Assembly: GCA_031539225.1 (NCBI GenBank)
Contig: JAVKLJ010000001.1
Span: 19,791-83,790, forward strand
Direction: 5' to 3'
Length of the DNA: 64,000 nucleotides
Source of the DNA: Patescibacteria group bacterium
GTDB taxonomy: Bacteria; Patescibacteriota; Gracilibacteria; BD1-5; UBA2023
The notes under the pieces are model-generated. The model saw only the letters and a list, made by a program, of their open reading frames with translations. It made no database searches and was not told the origin of the DNA. This document shows positions 36,405-48,949 of the stretch, piece by piece. Position 1 is the first letter of the stretch. The number at the start of each line of letters is the position of its first letter. Both the position numbers and the translations under genes were made by a program.

Positions 36405-39400
36405 ATGAAAAATCTCTCTGACATCCTCGCAACCCTCAATCCTGAACAACTCGAAGCAGTGGAGACTATCTATGGTCCGGTTCTCGTCATCGCATGACCT
36501 GGAAGCGGAAAAACGCAGCTTCTCGCAGCAAGAATAGCAAATATTCTCACGACAACTGACTATCTCCCTTCAAATATCCTTTGTCTGACTTTTACAGAAA
36601 ATGCCGCCAAGAACATGCGAGAACGACTCTCGACCATGATAGGACAAGATGCCTATAGAGTAGCAATCCACACCTTTCATAGTTTTGGAAATGAAATCAT
36701 CAATCGCTATAGATACCTCTCCAAGGAGTATAATGAAGCAAAACCCGTCGATAGCATCGAATCTTCTAAAATACTCGATACCATCCTCGAATGACTCTCC
36801 TGGGATAATCCATACAAACCAGGATTTCGCTCAAGTGATACTATCCGAGAAGTACTCGGCAATATCTGAAATCTCAAAAAATGAGGCATCACCCCAGAGC
36901 TCTACCGAATCATTCTAGAGCTCAATATACGAAGTATCAAAAAAATAAATCCAATTATAGAAAAATACTGGGGACAAATCGATACACTCGGTCAAAAAAA
37001 GGAAGAAAAAGAAAGAAAAATAATGCTTTTTCGAGAATTTACTGACACGATCAAAACACTCTCTAAAGAAAAACAATATATCTGAAGCTATGAACAATTT
37101 GACACGCTCATACAAAGAAGTCTCGATGAAGCATGGGAACTCTATGAGTGAGATACCAGTACAAAATTCATGAATGCCTGGCGGGATGCTTGGACTGAGA
37201 AAAACTACAAATGAGGTCGTGAACTCAAAGAAACAAACAAACTTGAAAAACAACTTGCTCTCTCTGATGTATTTGAAGGGTATCAAAAAGAACTCAAGGA
37301 ACGATGACTCATCGACTTCTCAGATATGATACTCGAGGCAATCAGTCTCGTAGAAAAAAATGATATCGTGAGGCAAAATCTCGCGGAAACATACCAATGT
37401 ATCATGATCGATGAGTTCCAGGATACCAATGAAGCACAAATGCGACTCATACAGTCTATCCTCTCAGTGAGTACAGAAAGTCCAAACATATTTGCCGTCG
37501 GAGATGATGATCAATCTATCTACAAATTCCAATGAGCCAATACGAAAAATATTCGTGATTTTCACGATGCCTATAGCGATACAAAGCTCATCATTTTAGA
37601 GAAAAACTATCGCTCGAAAGAAGAGATTATCACCACAGGACGAGCAGTTATCAAATCAGAATTGAACAATATTTGAAATATCTTCCCATGAGCGGTGAAA
37701 AAATTTGATGCGATACGAGAAGATGGTGGAGATGTGAAAAAACTCAAATTCAAAAATGAACTCGAGGAGATATCCTGGATCATCGACGATATAGCATCTA
37801 AAATAGAAAATGGAATCCCAGCAAATAGTATAGCAATTATCACAAAAAAAAATAAAACCCTAGAACTCATCGCAAAAGGACTCCTTGAGAAAAATATACC
37901 CGTAAGCCTCTCGAAAGATGAATCGATATTTGATACTGAGTCTATCCAAATCGTCGTCAATATACTCAAAATCATAGACTCACTCAACTGAACCTATAGA
38001 GAAGAAAATGCAGAACTCATCGTATCAGTCATCTCTCATCCATGTTTTGATATCAATAGACTCACTCTCTGGAATATAGCAAAAGAAATATACCATGCAC
38101 GAAAGGAAAATACTCAATCATGGATAGAGGTACTCGCGAGTCAACGAGATCCAAGAATCAAAAATCTCGCAAACTTTTTGAAAGAACTCTCACTCAGATC
38201 GCAAACTGAGCGACTCGAGGATATCATCGACTATATCACTGGGGCAAATATGCTTAGTCTCCCAGATGACTATGATGACGAAGGAAAGACAAATCCACTC
38301 CAGATAGATATGTTTTCTGAAGTAAAAGAACCATACACTTCTCCGCTCTTTTTGTACTTTTTTGGACAATTATGAAACAATAAATGATGAAAAATAGAGT
38401 ATGCACGCCATCTCGCGAATATGCGAGCATTCATAGAAAGCGTACGAAACTATAAAAATGGAAAAGGATATATATCAGTCAGTGATGCTATAGAGCTTCA
38501 GAGTCTCATAGAAAAGTATAATATCGATATAGAAGCATCTCATATCATCGGTGATGAAAAAAATGCTATCAACCTCATCACCGTCTATAAAGCAAAATGA
38601 CTCGAATGGGAGCATATATATACCCCTTGTCTCACTGCATCCGAGTACAAAATGGGGAAAGTCTGAGGATCATCCCTCCCCAAAAATCTCCCTCTCGAAG
38701 CAGAAAAAGATAATGATGAAGACATCGAACGACTCGTCTATACAGCTATCACTCGAGCGAAAGATAGCCTAACTCTGAGTTACTCATCTGAAAGTATCAA
38801 CGAAAAAACACTTGAACCACTTCCGTGTATCGATGCTGGAGATGATGAATGGCAAAAAGTATGCATAGATAATGATGATTTTTATTCTTTCCCGAATGAA
38901 CGAGGACTGTCATGACTTTTAGATTCAGGAAATGCTTTGCATAATGTTGTGCAGGGAATGGAAAAAAGAAAAAAGACACATATAGAAAGTCTGACAAAAA
39001 CACTAGAAGTAGAAAAAAAAGATATCTTTTCCCTTCCATATCTCGGTGAAGAAAATGACTTTTTACGAGATAGAATAGAAAAAATATTTGTCATGAATGC
39101 TACAGCACTCCAAAATTTTCTCAATGTAGCAGATGCCTGACCCGAGAAATTTATATCCAATTCCCTCCTCAGATTCCCTCAAGCAAAAAATATCTCAGCT
39201 TCATACGGATCTGCCATACATAAAGCTCTCGAAGACTTCCTCTCTGATTACACTCAAAAATGAACATTTATGAAATCATTATTGTTCGAATCATTTGAGG
39301 AAACACTCAAAAAAGAAGGATTTGATAAAAAAACTGAAGTAGACTACCTAAATCGAGGACGAGCAAATCTCGAATCTCTCTATACCGAGATTACAAAACA

Positions 39401-39896
39401 AACCTATGGGGAACTTCGCATGGAAGAGGATTTTCGTACAGCATGATGAGGAACATGGCTCGGGGATATACAACTCACTGGAAAAATCGACCGTATAGAA
39501 AAACTACCCGACGATTCACTGATAATCACTGATTACAAGACTGGTCGTGGTTTCGATAGTTTTGATGGTCGATGAGTAGAACATGAGAAAATCAAACAAT
39601 GGAAATACCGACTCCAACTTTGTTTTTATGCGATACTTTTTGAACTCTCTCCCCGATGGAGGATGTTTACGAATAAAAAATACGAACTCTTCTTCGTCGA
39701 GAAAAATAGGGATGAAGAGCGATTTCATAGAGTAGTAGAGTACATACAGGAATGAGAAATAGAGAGAACGAAAAAACTCATCATCGCTGTAATGTGAAAA
39801 ATCCAAACTCTCGATTTCCCTGATATCAGTGCATATCCAAAAACTCTCGAGGGAATACGGATGTTTGAAGAGGATTTACTTAACGGAAATGTTTAA
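36405..39896 (+). CDS. UvrD/PcrA-type SF1 helicase fused to a C-terminal PD-(D/E)XK (AddB/Cas4-like) nuclease domain
   Basis: Helicase motifs AGPGSGKT, MIDEFQDTN, FAVGDDDQSIYKFQGA, NYRS, VYKAKGLEW and YTAITRAKD. The C-terminus has GKIDRIE..LIITDYKTG. Fragments 36282, 37326, 37695, 38178 and 38937 are all in frame. 1163 aa. Confidence 0.85.
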
Positions 39897-39898
39897 CT

Positions 39899-40804
39899 AT
39901 GGTAAGTAATATTTTTATAGATAAGCATATAGCTCTCTGAGCCTTTGATTTTGATGGGAATATCCTTGCTCCCGATACTGTTACCTATGTGATAGATAAG
40001 AAAACAGGTGAGGAAGTAGGTATTGCTGCTCATAAACTCGATCAAAATCCAGAACTCATCCATGGAGAAAATGCTCAATATATGTGGAAAGAGGATATTA
40101 TAGATTCTTTATCGAATTTTCGTGACTTTCACTCGAGTAAGACTCATCTCTGACCCAATCAACTTAAACATGATATCGAAGAGGCACTCGAGAGGAAAGC
40201 TTTTTCACCAAGTCTAGAAAGCCTCAAAACAGTGTTTTTGATACCAGCAAGGTTTTTTGCGATTATTACTTCGCGTTGACATGGACCAGACAATCTCGCC
40301 CGTATCATGTGGATACTGAATGAGTCGCTTTTGACTGATGAGGAAAAAGAAATCCAATACAAAAATATACATGCACTTCATGAATATATTCACCCAAATG
40401 AAAAATTATCAACGCGAATCCAGACGCTGAGGTTTTATTTCGAAGAAATAGTCTCATACTATCCAGTCTCGAATCCTCACATAGCAAAATGTCTCGGTAT
40501 GTCATATGAACAGAGTATGGCAAAAAGAAAGACAATAGCAATGAAACACTACCTGGATGATATGCAAACTCGAATTATAGAAAAGATATGACTCGAAAAT
40601 ACTCCGCTTGCGATAGGATTTTCGGATGACTCTGTCTCAAACATGGAAGCTATGATAGACTTCTTCAAAGAAAAAAGAGTAAATGGCTTGAACGAAGAAA
40701 ACACAGTACATCTCTACTTTACAGGAAAAAAATGAAGTCTCAAAACATGAAACCTCGTAAAAAATAGAACAGAAAAAGAAGATATGACTATTATCGAGCT
40801 CTAA
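39899..40804 (+). CDS. HAD-superfamily-like hydrolase (hypothetical)
   Basis: LGAFDFDGNIL (DxD motif I), ITSRGHG (motif II-like) and GFSDDS (motif IV-like). Starts 2 nt after the helicase stop. The family assignment is tentative. Confidence 0.5.
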
Positions 40805-41359
40805 TTATTTCTTCCAAGTTTTAAACAATTTCCACCAAATAAGCCCAAAGATTGCACCAGAAGCATGCCCCACAAAACTAATATTTCCTGATAATCAGAG
40901 TGCAATATTGATAATAAGCATTATAAGTATCTGATTTGCTAGAGGATGTTTGGTCGTGAATAAATCTATCCATAGATAGGAGAGAAGTGCCATACAAAAT
41001 CCACTCATCCCTATAGTGATAGCACTCGAAAAAAGATGAAGAGAAAGAGCAATGAAAATAGTAGAAAATAAGAAAAAATACCAAAAACGACTTTTGGACA
41101 TACGAGTCTCTACTTCAGGTCATGCCTGATAAAGAAAGAGACTATTCATAAAAAGATGAAAAATATCTCCATGTAAAAACTGGAAAAGGGCGACGGAAGC
41201 GAGAGTATGGGGGATATTGCCATCAATTCATCCAAATCCAAAAATCAAACGAAATTCTGGAATAAAAAAACCAATCAAAGAAACTATAATCATACAAAGA
41301 ATCAGTGTATGAGAAATAGATTTTCACGGATAAAATGGAAATGAGGTATTTCGATACAT
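40805..41359 (-). CDS. Rhomboid-family intramembrane serine protease
   Basis: HGDIFHLFMN, GMSGFCMALL (GxSG) and GHASGAIFGL. About 6 TM segments, 184 aa. Abuts the convergent HAD-like stop (TAATTA). Confidence 0.8.
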
Positions 41360-41417
41360 AAAAAAATCTCTAAAGAATAAACTTTAGAGATTTTATAAAA
41401 ATTTTGTGGAATTACAA

Positions 41418-41681
41418 TTATTTTCGGAGTCCGAGTTTCTCGATGAGAACAGCATAACGAGATTCTTCCTTGCCCTTAAGGTAATCGAGGAGTTTTCGGC
41501 GTTTTGCTACCATCATGACGATACCACGGCGAGAGTGATTGTCTTGTTTGTGTGACTCGAGGTGAGTCTTGAGGTTCTCGATGCGCTCTGTGAGGATTGC
41601 AACCTGAACTTCTGGAGATCCAGTATCACCCTTATGGGTAGCGAATTTCTCCATGATCGCTTTTTTTGCTTTGTGATCCAT
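41418..41681 (-). CDS. rpsO: 30S ribosomal protein S15
   Basis: [49 protein letters not shown]. No TGA codons. Confidence 0.95.
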   Translation of the reverse strand: MDHKAKKAIMEKFATHKGDTGSPEVQVAILTERIENLKTHLESHKQDNHSRRGIVMMVAKRRKLLDYLKGKEESRYAVLIEKLGLRK

Positions 41682-41786
41682 ATTGTAGGAATTACAGTAT
41701 TTTAAAGTAAAATGTGCTAAAACCCGAAAATACACGAGTGAAGCGAGACGGAGTATACGAAAAGAGAAATGAAAAGCAAGGGAAAA

Positions 41787-42485
41787 TTACAACACCTGCC
41801 TGAGTGCCGTGATATTGAAAGCATAATCCATCATCGTCGGGCCGAGGATACCGAGGTATCCTGTATATCCATTTATTTCTATCTTTTTTACGATCATCGT
41901 ACTGGATTCGAGTTCTGGAATGACATTTTCCTCTCCGATAAATACAGATGCCTTTGTACCGATATCGAGTCAATCCAGTACATCAATAAACTGATGTTTA
42001 TTTTCGAGACACTTAATCACCTGAAACATTTCTTCTCCAAGTATTCCATGATGTCGTTCGAGATAGTTCGAAAGCCCAAGATAATACGAACTCCCGAGCG
42101 AAGGAATACAAGCAAATGTGATTTGTCCTGTGATTTTCGTAAGTCTGGAAACAAGTCCATAGAGGACATCGTCGATACGATTTTGCTCTATCTTTTTTTC
42201 ATATTCTTGCTCTGCTTCGATAAAAACCGCTGGCATCGTCTCCATGAGATAGTCGACAAATACACGAAGTCCTCGGGTCGTCGGGAGTCTCCCTGCTGAG
42301 TTGTATGGTTGAAAAATGAGTCACATCTCTTCAAGTGTCCCCATATCATTACGGATTGTAGCACTTGATACTCAGAGATCATATCGCTTTAAAAGATTCT
42401 TTGAACCGAGAACTTCCCCTGTTTTGAGATATTCTTCGACAATATGTTTGAGAACCTGGATTTTTCGTTCTTGGATTTTTGACAT
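41787..42485 (-). CDS. hrcA: Heat-inducible transcription repressor HrcA, unusually short (232 aa)
   Basis: RKIQVLKHIVEEYLKTGEVLGSKNLLKRYDLGVSSATIRNDMGTLEEMGLIFQPYNSAGRLPTTRGLRVFVDYL is the canonical HrcA winged-helix N-terminus. The C-terminal part is much shorter than the usual ~340-aa HrcA. Confidence 0.8.
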
Positions 42486-42488
42486 ACT

Positions 42489-42905
42489 TTATGAAACGAT
42501 TTCACCATGAAATAGAGAACCTTTACGACTTGTGAGCTTGACCGTATCTCCGACTTTTACACCATCGATATCGACGATATAGTTCACACCATCGAGCATC
42601 ACCTTAAAATCTTCTCCTACTTTTTTCACTTTACGAATCTCACCAATATACATATCGAGTCATTGTGCCTTCTCAGTATGTTCAGGAGTGAGCATGCGAG
42701 GAAGGAAGTATGAAACAAGAAATGATGTGAGAGCAAATATGATTCACTGTACAAGTGAGACGGTCGTATCATGAGTAAAAAATACAAAAATACCCACGAG
42801 AAATGATGCTATAGCGAGAGCAAGACCATAAAATGTGGTCGTCAACATCTCAATGATGAGAAAAATAACTCCTGCGGCAATCCAAAATGTGAGAAGTGAG
42901 GTCAT
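42489..42905 (-). CDS. NfeD-like membrane protein (partner of the SPFH protein)
   Basis: Two or three TM helices followed by an OB-like C-terminus (GEIRKVKKVGEDFKVMLDGVNYIVDIDGVKVGDTVKL). Lies immediately downstream of the SPFH gene. Confidence 0.7.
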
Positions 42906-42916
42906 AGGAAAAATAG

Positions 42917-43801
42917 TTATTTAGAAGTACCAAAAATCTTTGAAACACCTGCGAGGATATCGCTATCAAGGATATACTTTGTATTTTGTCCGAGTGCTCA
43001 TTCGATGACTTTGAGTTGTTCCTTTGTGATAGCTGCTCACTTAAAAAACGACTGTGCGGCATTTGATTCGAGTTCGAGTGCCTTGGCAGTAGCTTCAGCA
43101 ATAGCGATTTTTGCGCTTGCTTCACCCTGAGCTCTGAGGAGTTGCGCTTCTTTTTGTCATTCTGCCTGGAGGATTTGAGACTGTTTATCTCCTTCTGACT
43201 TCGTGATGAGAGATTGCTTATAGCCTTCTGCCTCAAGTATTTGTGCGCGTTTTTCTCGTTCTGCCTTCATCTGTTTACTCATAGAGTTCTGGATATCATC
43301 AGGTGGATCAAGCCTCTTGATTTCTACACGAAGTACCTTGATTCCCCACTTCCCTGTTTCACGATCGAGAGACTCGAGGAGCTTTGCGTTGATAGTCTCG
43401 CGATTTGAGAGTGTTTCATCGAGTGACATAGTACCGAGTACACTTCGGAGATTTGTTTGAGCGAGATTCACAACTGCCATAAAGACATTGTTGATGTCAT
43501 AAAGCGCCTGATATGGATCAGTAATTTGAACATATATCACTCCATCTACCGCCATTCCTACATTATCTTTTGTGATGATTTGCTGTTCTGGAACAGTCAC
43601 GACCTGTTCACGGATATCGACTTTTTTTACCGATTGAATACCCGGAATCAAAAAGAAAATACCAGGACCAATAGTATCTGTATAACGCCCGAGAAACTCC
43701 CTGAGTCCGACTTCACCCTGATTTACCTTCCTGACAAAAAGCGGAACGATGACGGCAGCTGCGATGAGAAGATAGACAAGCGTACTGATATCCATATTCA
43801 A
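42917..43801 (-). CDS. SPFH/band-7 (stomatin/prohibitin-like) protein
   Basis: N-terminal TM helix, then REFLGRY..GPGIFFLIPGIQSV..VDIREQV, KDNVGMAVDGVIYVQI and a coiled Ala/Glu-rich tail. ORF 43157-43801 continues through three TGAs to the TAA at 42917. Confidence 0.85.
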
Positions 43802-43802
43802 G

Positions 43803-43829
43803 TTGATAAAAAAATAAAAACACTATAAT
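43803..43829 (+). promoter_or_regulatory. Candidate promoter for yvcK
   Basis: TTGATA, a 15-nt spacer, then TATAAT (perfect -10, short spacer), 38 nt upstream of the ATG. Confidence 0.35.
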
Positions 43830-43866
43830 CCTATGGTTTTCATCCTAAAAATCAAGTATATAAACT

Positions 43867-44856
43867 ATGAAGAAGATTGTTGCCATCGGTGGCGGAGCGT
43901 GAACTTTCAATGTTCTCTATGGTCTCAAAAAAAATACAGAGTTTTCCCTTTCCGCAATTATCTCAGTAGCTGACAACGGAGGGACAACGGGACTCATCAG
44001 AGATAAATATGGAATACTTCCTCCTGGAGATTTTCGTCGTGCCATCGCGGCACTCGCACGAGATACTGGACTCGTGAGAAAGCTTTTTGAATATAGTTTC
44101 GCTGATGAAGAATGAGTCATCTGAAGCAATAAAATAGGAAATATCCTCCTCACAGCACTCGTAGATATCTCTGGTTGAGATTATGAAAAAGCTATAAATA
44201 CGATGTGTGAAATGTTCGATGTACGAGGAAAAGTGATACCTGTGACACTCGAAGATATCCATCTTTGAGTACGGTTTGAGGATGGAACAGAAATAATCGG
44301 AGAAAAGAATATCGATGTTTCTGATAAAAATGTATTTGAACGATCACATGATATCGATCAAAATATCGTCGATGCCTGGCTCGTCGGGAATGATGGAAAC
44401 CTGAACCCAAATGCAAAAAATGCAATAACTGAAGCTGATATTATCATCATCTGACCAGGAGACCTCTATACGAGTATTGTGCCAAATCTTCTGTGTAAAG
44501 GAATGCGAGAGGCGCTCACAGAAAGTAATGCAAAAATCATCTATGTCTGTAATGCTATGACAAAACGGGGAGAAACTACGAATATGGAGGTTATAGATTT
44601 TATCGATACAATAGAGCGATACATAGAACCAGGAAAACTCGACTTTGTCATCGTCAATAATGGACATATTTCTGATGAAGTTGTCATAAAATACAAAACT
44701 GAAGAAAATAAAAAACCTCTCAAAATAAAGAATTATGATTTATTTGAATGAAAGTGCTATACAGTCATCGAACATGATATAGTCAATGATGATGACTATG
44801 TTCGTCATGATCCTATAAAACTCGCGAAAATACTCGAAGAAATCATAGCAAAATAA
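43867..44856 (+). CDS. yvcK: YvcK/CofD-like (UPF0052) gluconeogenesis/cell-shape factor
   Basis: KIVAIGGGAGTFNVL, SVADNGGTTGLIR..GILPPGDFR and IIIGPGDLYTSIVPNLL. Confidence 0.85.
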
Positions 44857-44876
44857 AAGACCCATGTGGGTCTTTT
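44855..44876. terminator. Bidirectional hairpin between yvcK and leuS
   Basis: aaaagaccca-tg-tgggtctttt. It overlaps the yvcK stop codon. Confidence 0.6.
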
Positions 44877-44878
44877 AT

Positions 44879-47590
44879 TTAATCTTTTACCACTATCGAT
44901 AGCATCTTATTTGGGATAAATATCTCTTTCACGAGTGTTTTTCCTTCGAACCACTTTGCTATGTCTGGATTTTCGTGAGCTAGAGCTGAAACCTCTTCCT
45001 GTGCTACTCAGTTAAAACAATTGAGAGTACCACGGAGTTTTCCATTTACCTGGATAGCTATCGTCACCTCGTCATCGACAAGCATAAAATCATCATACTC
45101 TGGCCAAGTTGCTTCATAGATTGATTGACTCTTTCCAAGTGTCTGATAGAGTTCCTCTGCCATATGTGGAGCAAATGGATGAAGCAGTATAGCAAATGCT
45201 TCCTTCCATTCTGAAGCAAACTCACTATCTGCAGGAATTCCTTCATTGAGGAGGATCATGAGTGATGAGATGGCGGTATTGAACTTGTATCCGACGATAT
45301 CTTCTCCTACCTTTTTGATAGTTTTATGGAGGAGTTTCATTGCCTTCATATCATCTTTTGCGATATTTTTTCCATCGATACATGCACTATATGCCTTATC
45401 GAGGAAGCGCCTCACGCCTGTGATAGCCTCAGGATTCCATGGAGCAGTATCCATAAATCCTGCCATATTCATCTCATAGAGCCTCAGTGTATCTGCACCA
45501 TACTCACGAACAATGTCATTTGGATTCACTACATTCTTGAGTGATTTACTCATCTTTGCGACGACTTGCTTCACCTCCTTCCCTGTCTCTTTTTCAAAGA
45601 ATTTTCCATCTCGTTCCTCCACGAGATCAACCGCTACGAGACCGCCATCGGCTCGCTCATACGCATATGCGAGAATCATACCGACATTTGTGAGTTTCTG
45701 AAATGGCTCCTTGGTTGGAACAATTCCTGCATCGTAGAGTACCTTGTGCCAAAATCGTGCATAGAGAAGATGGAGGACAGCATGCTCAGCACCCCCAACA
45801 TATTCATCCACACTTCCCCAATAATCAAGTGCATCTTTCGAGGCAAGTGCATCTGGGTTTTTCGAATCCATGTAGCGGAGGTAATACCAACAACTTCCAC
45901 CCCATTGTGGCATCGTATTTGTTTCTCTTTTTCCACTGAGATTTTCCGCAAGTTTTATATTTACGAATGAGGGTACAGTCGCAAGTGGCGACTGCCCATC
46001 TCCTGCTGGTTCGTAACGCTCTACCTCTGGAAGTGTAAGAGGAAGACGAGAATCTATAATAATCTTTCCATTGATACCATCATACACTTTTGAAAAAGTC
46101 TTTCCTCCGATGATGAGCTTTGTACATCATTCTTCACAGGTACAGTTTTTACACCTTTTATCCGTTCCCTTTTTATCGAGGATATATGCACTATTTACAT
46201 CTGTCGCCTCTGACATATCAGATATACGAGGAAGTGCGAAAAAATCCTCATGGCTGATATGGATGAGTGGAATCGGTTCCCCCCAATATCTCTGACGAGA
46301 AAAGAGCCAATCACGGAGTTTGTATTGAGTAGATTCTTCTGCAAAATTATTAGTTACAAGGTATTGAATGATATCATTATGTGCTTCATGTGGATTTCTT
46401 GATGCAAATTCTTCTGGTAAAGAAAGGATGGCTCAGGAAAAATCATTGTAACAATACTCGAAATTCTCAATTTTTCTTTTTTCTTCTAAGGAAACATCTT
46501 TCGGTAACATAACAACCCTCAAGGGTAAGTTATATTTTTTTGCAAAATTAAAATCTCTCTCATCATGAGCAGAGCATTTTATTATACCAGTTCAATAATC
46601 TGATAAAGCATAACTAGAAATCCAAAGCGGTAATTCAGATTTAGTAATAGGATCTATCAAATAACGACCAGTAAATATTCATTCATGATCAGTAACTTCC
46701 TTATATCATCAACCAACCTTTTGATTATTAATTCTCTGAGCAAAAGATAAAATCTCATCCTTGTTCTCAATTCCATCAACTATTTTTGGCAGTAATCAAT
46801 GATCTGGTGCGATAACCGCAAATGTGTCAGCATAAAAGGCCTCAAAATGAGTAGAATATGTTTGAATTGTAATATCCGTGTCTTTTACATTTAAAGAGTA
46901 TTTCACCCCTTTATTTTTCCCTATCCAGTTTCTCTGCATTTCTTTGATTCCTTCTGGCCAGTCAAGTTCATCCAAGTCAGAGATAAGTCTCTCGGCATAT
47001 TCTGTGATTTTGAGTACCCACTGACGGATAGGACGACGCTCTACACGAGTTCCACATCGATCACAAGTATTATCTGAGAGAACTTCTTCGTTTGCAAGAC
47101 CCGTCTTACATGATGGGCAGTAGTTGATCGGGAGATCCTGTTCGTAGGCGAGTCCTCGCTTGAAAAGCTCGAGAAAAATCCACTGAGTCCACTTATAATA
47201 CTCTGGATCTGTCGTATCTACCATACGATTCCAGTCATAGGAAAAACCAAGATTCTTAAGCTGACTGATAAATGTCTCTATATTTTGCGCAGTTGTGACC
47301 CGCGGATGTGTCCCTGTTTTGATAGCATAGTTCTCGGCTGGAAGACCAAAAGCATCAAATCCCATCGGATGAAGGACATTGTATCCTTTTGCATGATAAA
47401 AACGAGAAACAATATCGGTCGCAGTATACCCCTTTGGATGACCAACATGGAGTCCTGCACCAGATGGATAGGGAAACATGTCGAGAATATATTTCTTTGG
47501 TTTTGTTCCACCATTTTCTGTATGAAAAGTCTGGTTTTCATCCCAAAATTTTTGCCACTTTTGTTCGATAGAAGTATGATTGTACGGCAT
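44879..47590 (-). CDS. leuS: Leucine--tRNA ligase
   Basis: [12 protein letters not shown] (HIGH) and [10 protein letters not shown] (KMSKS). I translated the CP1 editing-domain region 46088-46795 and found it open apart from TGAs (..[19 protein letters not shown]..). ORF 45008 continues through TGA to the TAA at 44879. 903 aa. Confidence 0.95.
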
Positions 47591-47647
47591 GTGAAATGTG
47601 ATTTAAAATAACTGGCAAATCATACCAAAAAGCGAGAAAAAAACAAT

Positions 47648-47675
47648 AAAAAATCTCCCATTTTGGGAGATTTTT
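47648..47675. terminator. Symmetric hairpin between the pilin-like gene and leuS
   Basis: aaaaaatctccca-tt-ttgggagattttt. Confidence 0.55.
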
Positions 47676-47687
47676 AAAAAGTTTTTA

Positions 47688-48047
47688 TTAATTTGTACCA
47701 CTAAAAAGAAATCCGATAACGAGTTTAACAAGAGAATATGCAAGAGCGATAACAAGAAGACCTGTTGCTATTTGCACAAGAATTGTACGACCTTTTTTCA
47801 CCTTCTCTTCATCACCACCTGCCGTAAGGATGAGAAATCATCCATAAAGACCATAACATACGCCAATAATAGCTAAAAATGCCATTGCACTACCTATATA
47901 TCCCATTATAGCCTCATCAAGAGGTTTTTCATTTCCCCTAAGACCAGTAGTAACTCTTGATTCACCAGCGTTAATTGCAGCAAAAGTAGAGGCGGTTGTG
48001 GCAAGAAAACCCACGGCAGTAAAACCAATTTTTTGTATTGTATTCAT
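47688..48047 (-). CDS. Small secreted/membrane protein of the TrbC/VirB2-like (T4SS-pilin-like) type common in CPR genomes
   Basis: Signal-like N-terminus, then two hydrophobic helices flanking LTAGGDEEKVKKGR (..AFLAIIGVCYGLYGGFLILTAGGDEEKVKKGRTILVQIATGLLVIALAYSLV..). 119 aa with one TGA. Confidence 0.55.
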
Positions 48048-48111
48048 ATGAATAAAATTAAGGAATAATGAATGACTTGCCCATCATAGCAGTTGTATCA
48101 GCTTTTGTCAA

Positions 48112-48150
48112 AAAAAAATCTCCACTTTGACCAAAAAGGGAGATTTTTTT
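48112..48150. terminator. Hairpin with a large loop, same stem family as 47648-47675
   Basis: aaaatctcc-N15-ggagatttttt. Confidence 0.35.
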
Positions 48151-48167
48151 ATTTAAAGCTTTGAACC

Positions 48168-48208
48168 AAAAGAGTGGGAGTTAAATGACCTGACCAGGTC
48201 ACTCTTTT
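48168..48208 (-). terminator. Terminator-like structure after rpsR
   Basis: Outer stem aaaagagtg/cactctttt, or an alternative inner stem tgacct-gacc-aggtca. Begins 8 nt below the rpsR stop. Confidence 0.45.
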
Positions 48209-48215
48209 TTAGGAT

Positions 48216-48512
48216 TTATACTGCAACTGCAGATTCATCGAGAATAACTTCAGTCGTAGGAGCACTAGAAGGTGTAGCCTTTGATTGGAATTTTACATCG
48301 AGAACATACGGAAGAAGTGCCATGTAACGAGCGCGTTTTACAGCAACCGCGAGACGCTTCTGATTTCGGAGACTTGTTCCACTGTAGTAGCGAGGAACAA
48401 TCTTGTTAAATTTCGTGAGAAATTTTTTGAGAAAAGCTGTATCCTTGTAATCGATATACTTGATTCCAAGCTCATCGATAGGACATACTTTCTTTTTCTT
48501 TGAGTTTGTCAT
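48216..48512 (-). CDS. rpsR: 30S ribosomal protein S18 with a ~25-aa C-terminal tail
   Basis: IDYKDTAFLKKFLTKFNKIVPRYYSGTSLRNQKRLAVAVKRARYMALLPY. No TGA codons. Confidence 0.93.
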   Translation of the reverse strand: MTNSKKKKVCPIDELGIKYIDYKDTAFLKKFLTKFNKIVPRYYSGTSLRNQKRLAVAVKRARYMALLPYVLDVKFQSKATPSSAPTTEVILDESAVAV

Positions 48513-48541
48513 AGAAAGGAGAAAAGGAAATAAAATGGAAA

Positions 48542-48934
48542 TTAAGCGAGATCCGAAAAGTCATCAAAATCCATAACATCAGATTGAGCTTCAGCAAAGT
48601 CTTCTCTTTTAGAGAGGAATATCAGCTGACCAACTACCACTTCAGTTTTATAGATTTTAGAACCATCTTCTTTGTCGAGGACTCGAGTCTTGAGATGACC
48701 TTCTATATAAACGAGCTTCCCTTTTGTAAGGAATTGTTCAGCTCGTTCTGCAAGAGGACCCCAACAGACACAGTTTGTATACTCAGCTTCAGAAAGTGGT
48801 TCACCATTTGATCCCTTATAGTAACGATTGGTCGCAACAGTAAATGTAGCAACTTTTTTATCACCCGTTGTAGTTTTTACGAATGGGTCTTTTGTAATGT
48901 TTCCTATAAGGATAACTTTATTGATAGTACGCAT
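48542..48934 (-). CDS. ssb: Single-stranded DNA-binding protein
   Basis: NKVILIGNITKDPFVKTTTGDKKVATFTVATN is an OB fold. The tail is acidic (DFDDFSDLA). No TGA codons. Confidence 0.93.
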   Translation of the reverse strand: MRTINKVILIGNITKDPFVKTTTGDKKVATFTVATNRYYKGSNGEPLSEAEYTNCVCWGPLAERAEQFLTKGKLVYIEGHLKTRVLDKEDGSKIYKTEVVVGQLIFLSKREDFAEAQSDVMDFDDFSDLA

Positions 48935-48949
48935 AAGAGAAAGGTAAAA

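Noticed and set aside
41700-41730. A second TTAGCAC half-site (minus strand) between hrcA and rpsO, as a possible CIRCE.
   Set aside because: The required inverted partner GAGTGCTAA is absent 9 nt away. A single half-site in AT-rich DNA is not evidence for an operator.
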